Below, one piece after another: positions 61,817 to 64,000 of a DNA stretch of 64,000 nucleotides. The first letter of the stretch is position 1, and each line of letters begins with the position of its first letter. A program made the translations under genes and the position numbers. The notes below the pieces were generated by a model. The model searched no databases and had not been told where the DNA came from. It was given only the letters and a program-made list of their open reading frames with translations. This DNA is from an uncultured Acidobacteriota bacterium (lineage in GTDB: Bacteria; Acidobacteriota; JAQAZP01). Location: NCBI GenBank assembly GCA_963836075.1, contig CAWIIB010000001.1, positions 928,001 to 992,000 of the forward strand. Reading direction: 5' to 3'.

Positions 61817-62669
61817 TCAACCATCCTGCGTCTCGGCCATTTCGTCCATATCGTCCATATCGGCCAAACGCCGCTCAGCTTTAGCAGAATATTCACAGTC
61901 GGGGTATTTTTCCAGGAGTTGCTGGAAATAGATACGCGACTCCTCAATCTTGCTGTCGCGGCGGAGAGACTCGGCCAGATAGTAGTAAACAGCTGGCATA
62001 TCGTGGAAGTCTTCATATTGCCGGTCGCGGAGGATTCGCTTGAACCGCTGGGCCGCGGCATTGAACCCCCGGCTGCGGTAGTAGAAATAGCCCACCGCGT
62101 ACTCGTGGCCGGCCATGTTGCTGTTGCAGACCTTCATCTGCTCCTGGGACAGGGCCGCATAATCGCTGTCCGGGCAGAGATTGATCACCCGCATGAACTC
62201 GGCCAGGGCCTTGCGGGTGGCCTTCTGGTCCCGGTCTGGCTTCTCCATCAGCTCGAAGTAACTGTTGGCAATCTGGTATCGGGCGTAGCAGACCAGGTCG
62301 TTCTGAGGGTAGTAGCTGACGAATGACTCGTAGAGGGCGATGGCCTCGTAGTATTCGGAGCGCCGGTCCACCAGGAAATAGCTGTCGGCGATTTTAAGCT
62401 TGGCCCGGTAGTAGAGATCGCTTTCGGGATAGATGGCCGTCAGCTCGGTGTAGTAGTCCCGTGCCTTGTCATAGCGCTTCTTTTCCATCGCCTCTTCACC
62501 CAGTTCGAAGAGACGCTGGTCGGTGAGGATCCTGCCCTGGGATTTCTTCCCGGCACAGGCAAACCCGCCGAGGGCCGCTGCCAGAAGAAGTCACCGCTGC
62601 CGTTGTCCGGGCGAACCGGCTGACAAGGTGCGCCGGCCGGCCGCTGCCGTTCCATTTATTTCGCTGCAT
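61817..62669 (-). CDS. bamD: Outer membrane protein assembly lipoprotein BamD; +1 frameshift at ~62591
   Basis: TPR-like repeats with YP.S, DRDQ..T..A and HEY.VG.FY. Removing one base at ~62591 restores the signal peptide and lipobox (...AAVLLLAAALGGFAC) from ATG 62669. Confidence 0.85.
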
Positions 62670-62686
62670 GGTTTGCTCCATTGACG

Positions 62687-63376
62687 TCACTGCCCCGCCG
62701 TTCTGCCGGCTTCGCCGTCCCGGGCCAGGGCCAGCAGTTCTCGCACGTTGGCTGCAGGATCCGGCCCGCCATATACCGCACTGCCGGCCACCAGCCAGTT
62801 GGCGCCGCGCCGCACCACCTCGGCGATGTTGTCCCTGCACACACCGCCGTCCACCTCGATCTGTACCCGGTCCAGGGCTCCACCGGCCTCCAGCAGGCGG
62901 CTCAACCGGGAGATCTTGTCCAGCGAGGCGGGGATGAAAGACTGGCCCCCGAACCCGGGGTTGACGCTCATCAGCACCACGAAATCGAGATCGTCCAGCA
63001 CTTCCTCCAGCACGGTCAGCGGCGTTGCCGGATTGAGGGCCACACCGGCTCCGGCCCCCAGCTGGCGAATCAGGGCCAGCGTTCGCTGGAGGTGCGGCAG
63101 GGTTTCCGCGTGCACTGCGACGAAATCGGCCCCGGCCTTGATGAAATCAGGGATGTACTGGTCCGGGTTTTCGATCATCAGGTGGACGTCGAAGGGCCGT
63201 TCGGTCCAGCTCTTGATCCACTTGACGATCACCGGGCCCAGGGTCAGATTGGGAACAAAGTGCCCGTCCATCACGTCGACGTGGATCAACTGGGCGCCGG
63301 CCTGGTCCACCAGGCGCACCTGCTCCCCAAGACGCGAGAAATCAGCGGACAGAATGGATGGTGCCAGTTTAATCAT
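62687..63376 (-). CDS. rpe: Ribulose-phosphate 3-epimerase
   Basis: APSILSADF, HVDVMDGHFVPNLT, DVHLMI, MSVNPGFGGQ and VDGG motifs. Confidence 0.97.
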   Translation of the reverse strand: MIKLAPSILSADFSRLGEQVRLVDQAGAQLIHVDVMDGHFVPNLTLGPVIVKWIKSWTERPFDVHLMIENPDQYIPDFIKAGADFVAVHAETLPHLQRTLALIRQLGAGAGVALNPATPLTVLEEVLDDLDFVVLMSVNPGFGGQSFIPASLDKISRLSRLLEAGGALDRVQIEVDGGVCRDNIAEVVRRGANWLVAGSAVYGGPDPAANVRELLALARDGEAGRTAGQ

Positions 63377-63449
63377 GCTCTTCCATCTTTGACGTCTGGC
63401 CAGGTTTTCCAGACCCGCGCCAGGGGCCGGTGAACCGGCCGGTTGACGT

Positions 63450-64000
63450 TCACTCCCTGTTGACGGTCAGCTCGATGATCCTCTTCCTGGTCACCGGGTG
63501 CCCCGCCGGCGGGGACTGGTCCACGATCACCCCCCGCTCCAGGCCTTCATATACGGCATACTTGACGAATCCCAGCCGGAACCCCGCGTCCTCCAGGCGC
63601 CGCCTAACATTCTCCACGCCGTAACCGATGAGGTCCGGCATGACCCAGGTCTGCTCCCGGGTCCCGCGGCTCACCAGCAGGTTCACCCGTCGGCCCCGGT
63701 ATTCCTCCAGGCCCGCACCCGGGTCCTGGGCCACGATCCTGTTCTCCGGAATACCGGGCCACCAGGCGTAGGCCACTCCGCCCATTTTGAACCCGCTCTG
63801 GCTGATCATGATCCGCGTGTGCTGGACCGTGTTCTGCTGCAGATCGGGCATGGTGAGCCGCTGGGGACCGAGGCTCAGAATCACCTTCACCTTGCGGGTC
63901 TGCTTCAGCCAACTGCCCGCCTCGGGAATCTGTTTCAGGACCCGTCCCGCCGGGATCTGCTCGCTGTACTGCGACTTTGTCTCCAGGACATGGAGGTTGA
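63450..64000 (-). CDS. PASTA-domain protein, 5' end outside window
   Basis: Repeated MPDL...Q.P..G units; frame stays open to the window edge. Confidence 0.8.
   Translation of the reverse strand, partial: NLHVLETKSQYSEQIPAGRVLKQIPEAGSWLKQTRKVKVILSLGPQRLTMPDLQQNTVQHTRIMISQSGFKMGGVAYAWWPGIPENRIVAQDPGAGLEEYRGRRVNLLVSRGTREQTWVMPDLIGYGVENVRRRLEDAGFRLGFVKYAVYEGLERGVIVDQSPPAGHPVTRKRIIELTVNRE

Noticed and set aside
61817-62669. bamD as a true pseudogene
   Set aside because: A single extra base in an otherwise intact, normally essential gene; a sequencing error is more likely.

Overview
High-GC bacterial chromosomal window from a diderm (waaA, lpxK and bamD are present). The gene context (PASTA-rpe-bamD, mreBCD-mrdA-rodA-rng) is compatible with Acidobacteriota, which is an inference only. 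Housekeeping blocks at 1-11.6 kb and 50-64 kb flank a ~29-kb accessory region (11.7-40.7 kb) that ends at tRNA-Ala(GGC). tRNA-Sec and an amino-sugar/GT-C operon follow. The main observation is an array of eight signal-peptide-bearing proteins. Their N-terminal passengers differ (4 parallel beta-helix, 1 HEXXH metalloprotease, 1 gingipain-type C25 peptidase, 2 FG-GAP propellers), but each ends in one of two conserved C-terminal modules. Tail A is a six-unit TG(A/P)GPG-x-VFGPHVRGW / GVNVAxGDxDGDG repeat domain (5 genes, all + strand). Tail B is a ~115-120 aa two-Cys domain with W-R-x-G-Y-x-N and DVT-x-APYNQPPY motifs (3 genes, all - strand). Beta-helix and FG-GAP passengers each occur with both tails, which suggests an uncharacterised modular C-terminal sorting or docking system. 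Also present: an Xre-RES toxin-antitoxin pair, a degenerate duplicate of the tRNA-Ala 3' end that delimits a 5.2-kb islet, and a CocE remnant. Many single-base frameshifts, including one in bamD, look like long-read consensus errors.
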